64,000 nucleotides of DNA from Patescibacteria group bacterium. GTDB taxonomy: Bacteria > Patescibacteriota > Dojkabacteria > JAKAPS01. Position numbers and translations under genes: made by a program. The stretch is taken from positions 902 to 64,901 of the forward strand of contig JANWIC010000011.1 in assembly GCA_025450075.1 (NCBI GenBank). Reading direction: 5' to 3'. Position 1 is the first letter of the stretch; every line of letters starts with the position of its first letter. Of this stretch, positions 9,534 to 19,067 are shown in pieces. Below the pieces are notes generated by a model. It was not told where the DNA came from. It searched no databases and saw nothing but the letters and a program-made list of their open reading frames with translations.

Positions 9534-12068
9534 ATGGATGCAATAAAAAATACAGCTTTGAAAGACATTATCTCTAGTATTACAGACTCTTTAATCTCCT
9601 ATTTACTGCAAAACTCTAAAGATGTTTTGTATGTAAACATGCCACCAGTAAAAATTCCTGAGAAGTTTGAACGTTATATTACTATTGATGACAGGATCCC
9701 TTCAAAGAAATTTGATACCATTATTATAAATATGGATAAAGAAGTAAATGCCGAAAAGGTGGCAAAATATGTCAATAAATTTCAAAAGTATCTCCTTTTG
9801 GTGCATGGTAACAATCAATTTTTTGATCCGCGAAGTTATCCTGAAGTACGAATTGCAATTAGTACATCTCCAATAATTGAACACGTTCATACATTCACAA
9901 AATTAAGTGAAGGCTACAAAGAATTTCGAGATTCACAAGAGAAATTACAAAAATTTATCAAAGAGCATCATTTAAAACTTGGCATAATTGCACCAACGAC
10001 ACAGAATCAATTTGACCATATCCTCATTTTCCATGACAATAATTTAAAGGATCTCTTTATATCATATATTGAAAATGAAAAGAATGAAGATATTTTTCAC
10101 GAATTCTATTCCATGACCTTTTCCCAATATGCAAAGCATATTGACAGCAGGAATATTCGTTTCCAGAAAAATGCTTCCTACCTTATTAAACAATTACAAA
10201 CTGGAAGCAATAGTACCAAAAGAGGAATATCATCGATTTTTCATTCATTGCAATTACATTTGCCTATCATCATACAAAAGATGCGAGGGAAATCAAATGC
10301 AATTGGATCAAAATTACAAAAAGGAATTCAGACTATTTCTAAAGCAAGAACAAATATTCCAAAAGTAGAAAACAAAGAAAAACTCACCAATAAAAAACCT
10401 CATATGCAGTTAAAAACTGCAACTATACAAAAGGAGAAAGTATCGTCTCAATTGGACAAATTAAAAGTTACACTTTATCAAAGACAACACATTCCTATGG
10501 TGAAAACGATGTCATATGAATCATTTCTTGCAAGACAAAAAAAAGGATTTTTAGAACAATTACAGGAACGACGTTCTTTGCAAACTCTCAAACTACAACC
10601 GAAAGTATCCATACTTTTGGTTGTTGATGATATTGATGAAATTTGGTTAAACAAATCTGTTCGATCAATTAAAGACCAGACATATAAACACTGGGAACTG
10701 GTTATAGTTGATAATTGTTCTCCTAGGACATATTTGAAATCATATTTATCATCTTTAAATGATCCACGAATTAAAACCCATTTCTATAACACAAAAAAGA
10801 CATATGCAGAATGTCTTTCCCATGCATATAAAGTGGCGAAAGGTGAATATTTAGCAATTCTTCATGAAGGAGATGAATTGGATATCAATCTTCTATATCA
10901 TTTTGTTCGGGAAATCAACAAAGAATCGTCACTCGAGTTTATCTATTGTGATGAAGATGAAATTAATGAACAGGGAAAACGAGTTCATCCATTTATCAAA
11001 CCTGCTTGGGATAAAACTCTCATTCTATCTTATCCATATGCAAAAAATATATTTGTTGCAAAGCGGGAATTGCTTGAAAGGATAGATGGATTTAAAAACC
11101 TTGCTACAAAAGACCCGTTATGGGATATCATGATCAAAACAAGAAGTGCAACAAATAATATTGGCCATATCTCTAAAATCTTGTACCATAAACGCCATCG
11201 TCCACTCCAGTCAGGAACACCAAAACAGGTCTATCCTGATGCAATTAAACAATTTATGGCAAGAGAAACAATCCAGGGTGTTGTTAAAGAATCACAATAT
11301 CCGGGAAGCTTTTATATCATTGATAAGCAAGTACAAAATCCACAAGTGTCTTTAGTATTGATTGAGCAAAACCCTGACAACCTCGCAAAGTTTCTGGAGA
11401 ATTTCTCCTGTTCATACAATCAATTTGATATTCATGCCGTATTACCAGTAAATACCCAATTCTCAAACAAGGAAAACATCTATCTCCATTCATTCCAAGA
11501 TTTCTCATTTAGCAAAATTACACAACAAATTCTTCAAGAAAGTAATAGTGACTATCTGCTCTTCATCGACAGTAGGATTCGACCTGTTAATTCGGATTTT
11601 TTATCTATTATGCTTAGTTACAGTCAAAATCGTGCTATAGTTGGAACTAAAATCCTTGATCCGGATGACATGGTTATTCATTCGATGTATGTCCTCAATC
11701 TCCGAGAGGTTGTATCAAGTCTTTATGAAGGACAGATTGATCAAGGCCAATTTGATATATCAATCACACGAGAATGCAGTGCTGTTTCAAGAAAATGTAT
11801 GCTTGTACCAAAGGAATTTCTTCTTACTCATCAATTAGATGATGGATATACTTCATCATATGCTGATATTGATTTGTGTCTGCAGGCACAAAAAGATCAA
11901 ATTCCAGTTATATATACTCCTGATGCATATGCAAAAGCAATTTATGCTTATTCCAAAGAAAAGTTTCACGAGGCAGATACGGTCTATTTTATAAAGAAGT
12001 GGAAAGAAAAGTTAAAAGGAAATGATCCATTCATAGATATCTCCCGTTTCCTATCAATCAAAGCGTAG
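9534..12068 (+). CDS. Glycosyltransferase family 2 protein (two GT2-like domains plus unknown N-terminus)
   Basis: PKVSILL..QTYKHWELVIVDNCS; FIYCDED; ADIDLCL. Confidence 0.8.
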   Translation: MDAIKNTALKDIISSITDSLISYLLQNSKDVLYVNMPPVKIPEKFERYITIDDRIPSKKFDTIIINMDKEVNAEKVAKYVNKFQKYLLLVHGNNQFFDPRSYPEVRIAISTSPIIEHVHTFTKLSEGYKEFRDSQEKLQKFIKEHHLKLGIIAPTTQNQFDHILIFHDNNLKDLFISYIENEKNEDIFHEFYSMTFSQYAKHIDSRNIRFQKNASYLIKQLQTGSNSTKRGISSIFHSLQLHLPIIIQKMRGKSNAIGSKLQKGIQTISKARTNIPKVENKEKLTNKKPHMQLKTATIQKEKVSSQLDKLKVTLYQRQHIPMVKTMSYESFLARQKKGFLEQLQERRSLQTLKLQPKVSILLVVDDIDEIWLNKSVRSIKDQTYKHWELVIVDNCSPRTYLKSYLSSLNDPRIKTHFYNTKKTYAECLSHAYKVAKGEYLAILHEGDELDINLLYHFVREINKESSLEFIYCDEDEINEQGKRVHPFIKPAWDKTLILSYPYAKNIFVAKRELLERIDGFKNLATKDPLWDIMIKTRSATNNIGHISKILYHKRHRPLQSGTPKQVYPDAIKQFMARETIQGVVKESQYPGSFYIIDKQVQNPQVSLVLIEQNPDNLAKFLENFSCSYNQFDIHAVLPVNTQFSNKENIYLHSFQDFSFSKITQQILQESNSDYLLFIDSRIRPVNSDFLSIMLSYSQNRAIVGTKILDPDDMVIHSMYVLNLREVVSSLYEGQIDQGQFDISITRECSAVSRKCMLVPKEFLLTHQLDDGYTSSYADIDLCLQAQKDQIPVIYTPDAYAKAIYAYSKEKFHEADTVYFIKKWKEKLKGNDPFIDISRFLSIKA

Positions 12069-14570
12069 AGGCTGGTTAGGGAGTATCTGAGTTCTTCTTT
12101 CTTCATGATGTGAACGTTCTTCTTCAAAAAGAGGTGCAGAAACATTTTTTATCTCTTCATGTTTGAATTGATATGCTTTCATACTCCATTCCTTTATCCA
12201 TTCGTTTACATCTGCTTCAGGGGATGCATACATTGTTCTACTGTATCGCAATATTTCATCCCGAATATGTGTAGCAGCAAAAGGCATTTGGATACTTGCA
12301 GCACTAAATGGTTTTGATACAACTCCTTGTATCATCAGCTTCACATAGACCTCATATCTATCAAGACTCATAAGATCATTTGCTGATAGAATTGGAAGAA
12401 ATTCTCTTTCCAGCACTTGCGCATCTGGGGACCCGAGAACAAAGGTAATGAGCGTTCCAATATTTCCCATGATCGCATCTTTTACATGTTCTTCAAGTTG
12501 TGAAAGATGTTGATGTGCAAGAATTAAATCAAGACGATATTTCCTTGCCTCTGAAAGGATTTTTGTAAATACATCGGTTGCAAACACCTGGAATTCATCG
12601 ATATAGAGATAGAAATCCTCTCTCTGGCTTTCTAAAATACTTACCCTTGCCATTGCAGCCATTTGCATTTTTGTAATTACTAGGCTACCAAGAAGTGAAG
12701 CATTTTCTTCGCCAATTTTCCCTTGAGAAACGTTGCATAAGAATATTTTCTTCTTATTCATGATTTCATCAAAATCAATTTTGTTATGTGTTTGACCAAT
12801 AATATTCCGAAGCATCGGTGATGAAACAAATCGTCCAACTTTGTTTTGAATCGGGGTAATTGCCTCAGTTACTAATCTCGGATTTCTTTCCATATATGCA
12901 TATTCTTCATTCCAAAACTTTTGCAGTATCGGATCTGTTATATTGGAAACGACATATTGTCGATATCCTTTATCAGTAAGCATACGGGATATACCAAGAA
13001 GAGTTGCATCAGGAGTATATAAAAGACTTAATATGACATTATGTAAAATATATTCTAGACGTGGTCCCCATGAATCAAAATGTTTTTTAAATACTGCAAG
13101 GATGCTTGCTGCAATATATTCTCTCTGGGAAGGATGGTCAAATGCAAATATGTTTAAAGAGGCAGGATAAGCAGAATCAGATGGATCAAGCAAGACCACA
13201 TCTTCAACCCGTTCAGATGGAATATGTTCAAGTATTTCATCAATCAGGTCGCCATGAGGATCTATTACACCAACCCCATTACCGGCAAGGATGTCTTGCA
13301 AAATCATATTGCACAGCATTGTCGTCTTACCGCTCCCAGTTTTTCCAAGAAGATACATATGTTTCCTTCTATCTTCTTTCAAAATCCCAAACTGTTTCCC
13401 TCCGCCTCGGTAATTTGTCTGTGCTATGGTAAGCATATTATCTGTCGGCAAATTTAATGGTGGATCAGATCTTCTTGCTTTGAGCCAAATAATTTCTGGT
13501 GTTGTTATGTTTGCATGAGGAAGATGATAAAGTGTAGCAATTTCTGCACAACTGAAAATATCCTGCGCTTCAACATCCAAAAATCTAGTTTTATAATGGT
13601 CAAGCATTTGAGCAGTATATTTATCATTATCCTGTAATACTTTTAATGAATTAAGATGGAATGAATCAACTTGTTTCAGTGCATGAATTACATTTAACAG
13701 GTGTTCTTCAGCCCTCTTTACATCTTGAGATGAAGAAACAATACGAATAGTGCCAGCATAACCATGCTGATGGAATTTTTCTTCGATGGAGTGAATTTCC
13801 TCTTCTTGTGTCTTATCAAGCATCACATTAGATTTTACTTTCCAATGTCTTACTCCAAATATCCATTCATAGATCCTTGTTGTTACGGTAAAAATTGATA
13901 GCCCTGCTTTCCAACCGCTTTTTATTTTAGTCCCTTTTTGCCACGCGGTTAAGTATTCTTTCCCTGCTTTGTGCCAGCTATCATGTAGCGGCCTTATGAC
14001 AAACTGTATTCCCATAGAATCAAACTGCTCCATCCCACCTAATGAAGATGTGATTGATGAAAGTAAATCAACATGAAATTGTTCTCCTGTTTTTATTGGG
14101 AAAAGTGATTCTTTTTCCAATTCGATTTCTGCAGCCTTTATGGTCATTTGCATTTCTCCCCCCATATGCAAACCCTGGGCATAATCATCAACGACATTAA
14201 TCTCTGCTGAAGGATAATGTGCATACCATTGTCCTTCTATATAGTTTTTGTATTGCCGGGGACATACGATATACCATTGGATACCAAAAGGTGTAGCATA
14301 ATATTCACAACTCAAATGGACATAAGAATGTCTCTTTTTTCCCACTATGCTGTGCATAGATGAAAAAAGTTGTTGCGCTTGATCATAGGAAGAAAGATCC
14401 TGTTTCGGGACAAGAATTCGTAATACAACACAATCTTGTATTGTTTCCTCAATATTGTCGATATCAAGATCCCGATTGCGGATAATTTCAATAATTACCG
14501 ATACTGAGATGATAACAATAATTGCAATGATCCAACCAATGCCAAACTCTGGTATTGAAAAAAGAGGCAT
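12054..14570 (-). CDS. VirD4/TraG/HerA-like membrane ATPase (type IV coupling-protein-like)
   Basis: N-terminal TM; DRRKHMYLLGKTGSGKT (Walker A), IDPHGD, LYIDEFQ (Walker B), LSEARKY. Confidence 0.85.
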   Translation of the reverse strand: MPLFSIPEFGIGWIIAIIVIISVSVIIEIIRNRDLDIDNIEETIQDCVVLRILVPKQDLSSYDQAQQLFSSMHSIVGKKRHSYVHLSCEYYATPFGIQWYIVCPRQYKNYIEGQWYAHYPSAEINVVDDYAQGLHMGGEMQMTIKAAEIELEKESLFPIKTGEQFHVDLLSSITSSLGGMEQFDSMGIQFVIRPLHDSWHKAGKEYLTAWQKGTKIKSGWKAGLSIFTVTTRIYEWIFGVRHWKVKSNVMLDKTQEEEIHSIEEKFHQHGYAGTIRIVSSSQDVKRAEEHLLNVIHALKQVDSFHLNSLKVLQDNDKYTAQMLDHYKTRFLDVEAQDIFSCAEIATLYHLPHANITTPEIIWLKARRSDPPLNLPTDNMLTIAQTNYRGGGKQFGILKEDRRKHMYLLGKTGSGKTTMLCNMILQDILAGNGVGVIDPHGDLIDEILEHIPSERVEDVVLLDPSDSAYPASLNIFAFDHPSQREYIAASILAVFKKHFDSWGPRLEYILHNVILSLLYTPDATLLGISRMLTDKGYRQYVVSNITDPILQKFWNEEYAYMERNPRLVTEAITPIQNKVGRFVSSPMLRNIIGQTHNKIDFDEIMNKKKIFLCNVSQGKIGEENASLLGSLVITKMQMAAMARVSILESQREDFYLYIDEFQVFATDVFTKILSEARKYRLDLILAHQHLSQLEEHVKDAIMGNIGTLITFVLGSPDAQVLEREFLPILSANDLMSLDRYEVYVKLMIQGVVSKPFSAASIQMPFAATHIRDEILRYSRTMYASPEADVNEWIKEWSMKAYQFKHEEIKNVSAPLFEEERSHHEERRTQILPNQPLRFD

Positions 14571-14630
14571 ACGTTACAAACATATATATATTGATTGTAA
14601 CGTATGACCTCTATTTTTACAATTTTCTCT

Positions 14631-17624
14631 TTAAGAAAATGATACGTAGAGAATTTTATCATCCACTCCTATAGGTTTTCCTTGTTGTTCACCTGTTTCT
14701 TTAACAGAAGATGCATTCACTGCTTTTTGCAATATCATCGAATTTTTTGCTACAAGATCTGTTAGTTCCTGGTTATCAGAGAAATATACAAGATGTATCT
14801 TATCATCCATCTTCAAATTTTCATCTTTTCGCATACTTTGGATATATCGGATGATTTCCCTAAGCATTCCTTCCTCTTTCAATTCTGGCGTGATACGGGT
14901 ATCTAGAGTTACAAAAAGGTGCATTGCTTCTCCATCTTCAGATTGAGTAACAAATCCTTCAGCTACTTTGCCATTTTGAGAATATATAACTTCCTTTACA
15001 TTCAGCTCATCTTTAATGATTTCTTGCATATCTTCATCTTTGATCGGCACAATTGCACTTGCAAGTGGCTGTCGAACTTTCAGACTGTTTGTCACTCGGA
15101 TACTTTGACCAAGAGATGAAAGCTTCCGGACAATTGCCATGCTTTCCAAAATCTTTGTGTTGATTTCTTTTGTCGTATCTGGATAAAATTCAAGATGCAC
15201 TGATTCCTTAGCTTCTTTTAACCCTGCACCTACAACAAGATTTTGGTAAATCTCTTCAGTTAGAAAAGGCATTTGTGGAGCAAAAGTCTTTGCATATTGC
15301 ACCATTACGGCATAAAGTGTTTGCAAGGCATCAGTGTCTCCCTCAGCAAATCTTTCCCTTGATCTTCTGATAAACCAGCTTGAGATCCCATCGATCGCTT
15401 CCTGTGCAAGTTTTACAGATGAAGGTATATTATATGCTTCTAGTCTGGAAGCATATTCTTTACTTATCATAAGCATGTATTCTCTTACCCAAATATCAAG
15501 CGGATTAGAAGATGTATATGCAGTTGTTTTTGGAGTCCAGTTATGGACATTTGCATAAATCACCAGATATTTATATGTATTCCAGATAGGAAGCAAAACA
15601 TTTTTAATCTGTTCTTTCAAAAGTTCATCTGACCAGTTCATATCATCTCCAACCATGATAGGAGATCCCATCATATACAATCGGAGTGCTTCTCCTCCAA
15701 TATGCTCAAGCACTTCCTTCGGATCAGGATAGTTTCCATAAGATTTACTCATCTTTCTTCCATCATTTCCTGCAAGAACTCCTGTACAAATGACATTTTT
15801 AAATGCAGTATCATCAAATATGATAGTTGAAAGCCTGAGAAGCACATTAAACCATGCCCGAACTTGGCCAATATATTCAATGATATAGTCGGCAGGACCG
15901 GATTGTTCATACACTTCTTTGTTTTCAAATGGATAATGGTATTCTGCAAATGGGACAGATCCTGAATCCATCCAGCAGTCTAATACTTCAGGTACACGGT
16001 GATATTCCTTACCATCTTTTTTCAGAACTATCTTATCTCCCACATCTTTATGAAGATCGAAGGGTTTATTCTCAAAGAAATATGATACTTTTCCATTTAC
16101 TTCCTTCTTACTCACCTGGTCAGTATATGTCAATAACTCTGCAATACTGCCGATGACAATTTCATCTCCATCTTCATTTACCCAGATTGGCATGATTGTT
16201 GCCCAGAAACGGTTTCGGGAAATACACCAGTCTGGAGATGTCGCAACAGTTTGAGCAAATCTTCCATCTTTAATATATTCCGGTATCCAATTTAATTCCT
16301 GGTTCAATTCAAGCATTCTATCCTTGATCTTTTGAATATTGATAAAATATGCATCCTGTGCCATATATATCAATGGGTTTTCACCTCGATAAAACGGTAA
16401 CCTGTGTGTATAGGGAAGCGATCGAAGTAATCGCTCTTTTTGCTGCATATCTTCCGCAACGAGTGGAGAGGCATCTCGAAGATATATTCCTACCCATGGA
16501 TCCAAAGTCATTTTCCCTGCTTCATCAATATCCGGGATTGCACTTAATTCATGTTTCAATCCAAAATTGAAATCGACCTCTCCAAATGCAGGAGCTATAT
16601 GAAGGACTCCAGTTCCTTCATCAAGAACGACATCATCACTTATATAAACATGAAAATCATTTTCCTGTTTTTTGTCTTCAAAAAATGTATAAACTGGTTC
16701 ATAAGCCAGTCCATCAAGCTTTTTCCCTTTAAAAGTATCACATATCTGGACAGCCATATCAGGCTCAGTTCCAACCTCGTTATCATGTACACCAAATGTA
16801 TAAGCCACCCTGTCTTTGGCAACAATAAAGTATTCACCAATATATTTGACTAGGCAATAATCTGCTTTTTCATTTACTGCTAATGCAAAGTTTGCAGGAA
16901 TCGTCCAAGGAGTTGTAGTCCATGCGACCATATATACAGGCTCAGTTTTGTTGAAAGGATTCTTTTCCTGAAGTGGAAACTTCACAAAGACGCTGAGATC
17001 TTCAACATCTTTATAGTTATCAGCATCCATAGCAACTTCAAATTGAGATACTGGTGTTGATGTATCTGTCGAAAACATTGATACCCGCTTTCCTTTATAT
17101 ATAAGACCTTTATCATAGATCTGCTTAAATCCCCATATAACTGATTCCATATATTCAGTACTCATGGTGTAATATGCATGATCCATGTCTACCCATCTGC
17201 CTATTTTATCAATATACCATCGCCAATCTGATGTGCATGTTTTGATATATTCCTTACATGCATCAATATAAGCATCAACTCCAACCCTATTTTCAATTTC
17301 TGCACTGGATTTAATTCCTAATTTTTTATTCACTTTTTCCTCAATTGGTAATCCATGGCAATCCCACCCCCATACTCTTCTTACTTTCTTCCCTTTCATA
17401 GTCCAGTATCTGGGTATAACATCTTTTGCAATAGAAGGCAGTAATGATCCGTAATGAGGATTTCCTGTTACAAACGGTGGTCCGTCAACAAACTTATACC
17501 TGTCATCATCAGGTCTTTGGTCGACTGACTTTTGAAAGATATCATGTTCTTTCCAGAATGCTGTGATTCGATCTTCCATCTGGGGAAAATTAACACGTTC
17601 ATCCACTTTTTTAAATGCTGCCAT
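14631..17624 (-). CDS. ileS: Isoleucine--tRNA ligase, type 2
   Basis: DGPPFVTGNPHYGS, GWDCHGLP, WTTTPWT, DWCISRNRFW, KMSKS; start set at MAAFKK. Confidence 0.97.
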   Translation of the reverse strand: MAAFKKVDERVNFPQMEDRITAFWKEHDIFQKSVDQRPDDDRYKFVDGPPFVTGNPHYGSLLPSIAKDVIPRYWTMKGKKVRRVWGWDCHGLPIEEKVNKKLGIKSSAEIENRVGVDAYIDACKEYIKTCTSDWRWYIDKIGRWVDMDHAYYTMSTEYMESVIWGFKQIYDKGLIYKGKRVSMFSTDTSTPVSQFEVAMDADNYKDVEDLSVFVKFPLQEKNPFNKTEPVYMVAWTTTPWTIPANFALAVNEKADYCLVKYIGEYFIVAKDRVAYTFGVHDNEVGTEPDMAVQICDTFKGKKLDGLAYEPVYTFFEDKKQENDFHVYISDDVVLDEGTGVLHIAPAFGEVDFNFGLKHELSAIPDIDEAGKMTLDPWVGIYLRDASPLVAEDMQQKERLLRSLPYTHRLPFYRGENPLIYMAQDAYFINIQKIKDRMLELNQELNWIPEYIKDGRFAQTVATSPDWCISRNRFWATIMPIWVNEDGDEIVIGSIAELLTYTDQVSKKEVNGKVSYFFENKPFDLHKDVGDKIVLKKDGKEYHRVPEVLDCWMDSGSVPFAEYHYPFENKEVYEQSGPADYIIEYIGQVRAWFNVLLRLSTIIFDDTAFKNVICTGVLAGNDGRKMSKSYGNYPDPKEVLEHIGGEALRLYMMGSPIMVGDDMNWSDELLKEQIKNVLLPIWNTYKYLVIYANVHNWTPKTTAYTSSNPLDIWVREYMLMISKEYASRLEAYNIPSSVKLAQEAIDGISSWFIRRSRERFAEGDTDALQTLYAVMVQYAKTFAPQMPFLTEEIYQNLVVGAGLKEAKESVHLEFYPDTTKEINTKILESMAIVRKLSSLGQSIRVTNSLKVRQPLASAIVPIKDEDMQEIIKDELNVKEVIYSQNGKVAEGFVTQSEDGEAMHLFVTLDTRITPELKEEGMLREIIRYIQSMRKDENLKMDDKIHLVYFSDNQELTDLVAKNSMILQKAVNASSVKETGEQQGKPIGVDDKILYVSFS

Positions 17625-17643
17625 AACTATATTGATAAAATAC

Positions 17644-17805
17644 AAAAAAACACCCTTATCTCAGGGTGTTTTAAAACACGTACCGTCCTGTTTCGTCATA
17701 GAGTTTATGACCTTTTTTCGCTGTTTCGGGCTTACCCGTCCGGTTCTACTTAGCTTTTCTGCTTTTCTTCCGGCTCCTTGCTGCTGATAACAGCTTAATC
17801 GGATG
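17644..17805 (-). promoter_or_regulatory. T-box riboswitch-like leader of ileS with intrinsic terminator
   Basis: Short Stem I GCUGU-UAUCA-GCAGC with AUC (Ile); Stem II CCGG..AGUA..CCGG; CGGG-UAAG-CCCG; Stem III GUCAUA/UAUGAC; CAGG-ACGGUAC-GUG..CAC-CCUG antiterminator overlapping the AAAACACCCU/AGGGUGUUUU(UUU) terminator. Confidence 0.7.
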
Positions 17806-17810
17806 GCATC

Positions 17811-17839
17811 ATTATATACAAAATATGAATAAATGTTAA
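17811..17839 (-). promoter_or_regulatory. Sigma70-type promoter of the ileS leader
   Basis: TTAACA-17 bp-TATAAT on the minus strand. Confidence 0.65.
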
Positions 17840-18597
17840 GGGTGCGTGTCGAGAAACTTGCAGGCCATTTCCCAAACTTGCTCTCGATCTCCATCTACTG
17901 GAAGACTATGAGCAGAATGTTCGAAATATGCGATATATTTATCTTTGCTTGTTATCAGGCTATATAGCTCTTCTCCGCTTCCTTGAGGGATAATACCATC
18001 ATGTTTGCCTATCATAATGAGTAAAGCTCCGGAATATTCCTTTGCTTGTGAACGCACCATTTGTACAAGATGTAAAAAGTGCGGAAGTGCTTCAATCGGT
18101 ACATGCGGATATGATATGGTAGTAAATGGTGGAGCATATCCAGACGGATCTGTTCCACCTTCGATAACATACCATTTGATAAAATACCTTGCTACTGGGA
18201 TGATATACCAGCGCCATTCAGGTTTAAACATGGGGGGCGACATAACAACGACGGTCTTTGTCTTGTTCTTTATCCCGAGTAAAATACTAATCAACGATCC
18301 CATCGATTGCCCGATGATATATATGTCTTTGTATTTTTTTTGCAGTTCATCATATGATGCCTGGCTTTTATCTAACCAGTCTTTCCATGTTACTTTTTTC
18401 ATATCTTCTGGAATTGTACCATGTCCCGGTAAGAGAATTGCTGAAACTGCATACCCGTTCCGGAATAAATAATCAGCAAAACCTTTAAATTCACCTGCGC
18501 TTCCGCTAAACCCATGAATTAAAAGGACAGCCTTTTGACCGTCATTATGGAGTGTAAATGCTTCTGGATTGATATAGTAGTCGTCTTTTGTTTCCAT
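17836..18597 (-). CDS. Alpha/beta-hydrolase carboxylesterase/lipase
   Basis: LLIHGFSG, GQSMG nucleophile elbow, GKHD, SAH. Confidence 0.9.
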   Translation of the reverse strand: METKDDYYINPEAFTLHNDGQKAVLLIHGFSGSAGEFKGFADYLFRNGYAVSAILLPGHGTIPEDMKKVTWKDWLDKSQASYDELQKKYKDIYIIGQSMGSLISILLGIKNKTKTVVVMSPPMFKPEWRWYIIPVARYFIKWYVIEGGTDPSGYAPPFTTISYPHVPIEALPHFLHLVQMVRSQAKEYSGALLIMIGKHDGIIPQGSGEELYSLITSKDKYIAYFEHSAHSLPVDGDREQVWEMACKFLDTHP

Positions 18598-18674
18598 AAG
18601 ATCACTCTAGCAAAGATCATATAATTATACCAGAGTTGTTTGACTTTCATTGGGTAAATCAATACAATCCATAT

Positions 18675-19067
18675 ATGCAAATACGTATCGAAACAATTTT
18701 TGTTTCTACAACCCCATATTATGCTCCACATATTGCACAATATATATATGACAAAAAGTCCGGGAAAAAAGCTTCAATAGGTGCGGGATTATCTAGAGGG
18801 AAACGAATTTCAAAAAGTTACCGAGAAGTCCTTGAGAAGCATCATATCCAATCCGTTCAAGATGTTGTATTGGTTTCTCCTGAATTATTAGCAAATGCAG
18901 AAAAGATAATAGTGTTTTGCGATAAAAATGCCTGTCCTTCATATTTTGCAAACTTTATTGAGAAAATCTTTTTTTTCCCTATTATTGAAGAAGCACATAC
19001 GAATACACAATGGGAAAATATGATTAATGAAATACAGGAATTTATTGAAGCACTATTCCAAGATTAA
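18675..19067 (+). CDS. LMW-PTP/ArsC-fold protein lacking the CX5R motif
   Basis: IFVSTTPYYAPHIAQ..ASIGAG..ELLANAEKIIVFC layout matches the LMW-PTP fold. Confidence 0.55.
   Translation: MQIRIETIFVSTTPYYAPHIAQYIYDKKSGKKASIGAGLSRGKRISKSYREVLEKHHIQSVQDVVLVSPELLANAEKIIVFCDKNACPSYFANFIEKIFFFPIIEEAHTNTQWENMINEIQEFIEALFQD

Noticed and set aside
9235-9534. 99-aa plus-strand ORF from the track
   Set aside because: Antisense shadow of the KGG gene; starts inside a terminator
17532-17894. Short ORFs over the ileS leader (leader-peptide attenuator?)
   Set aside because: No Ile-codon run; the region is explained by the T-box structure
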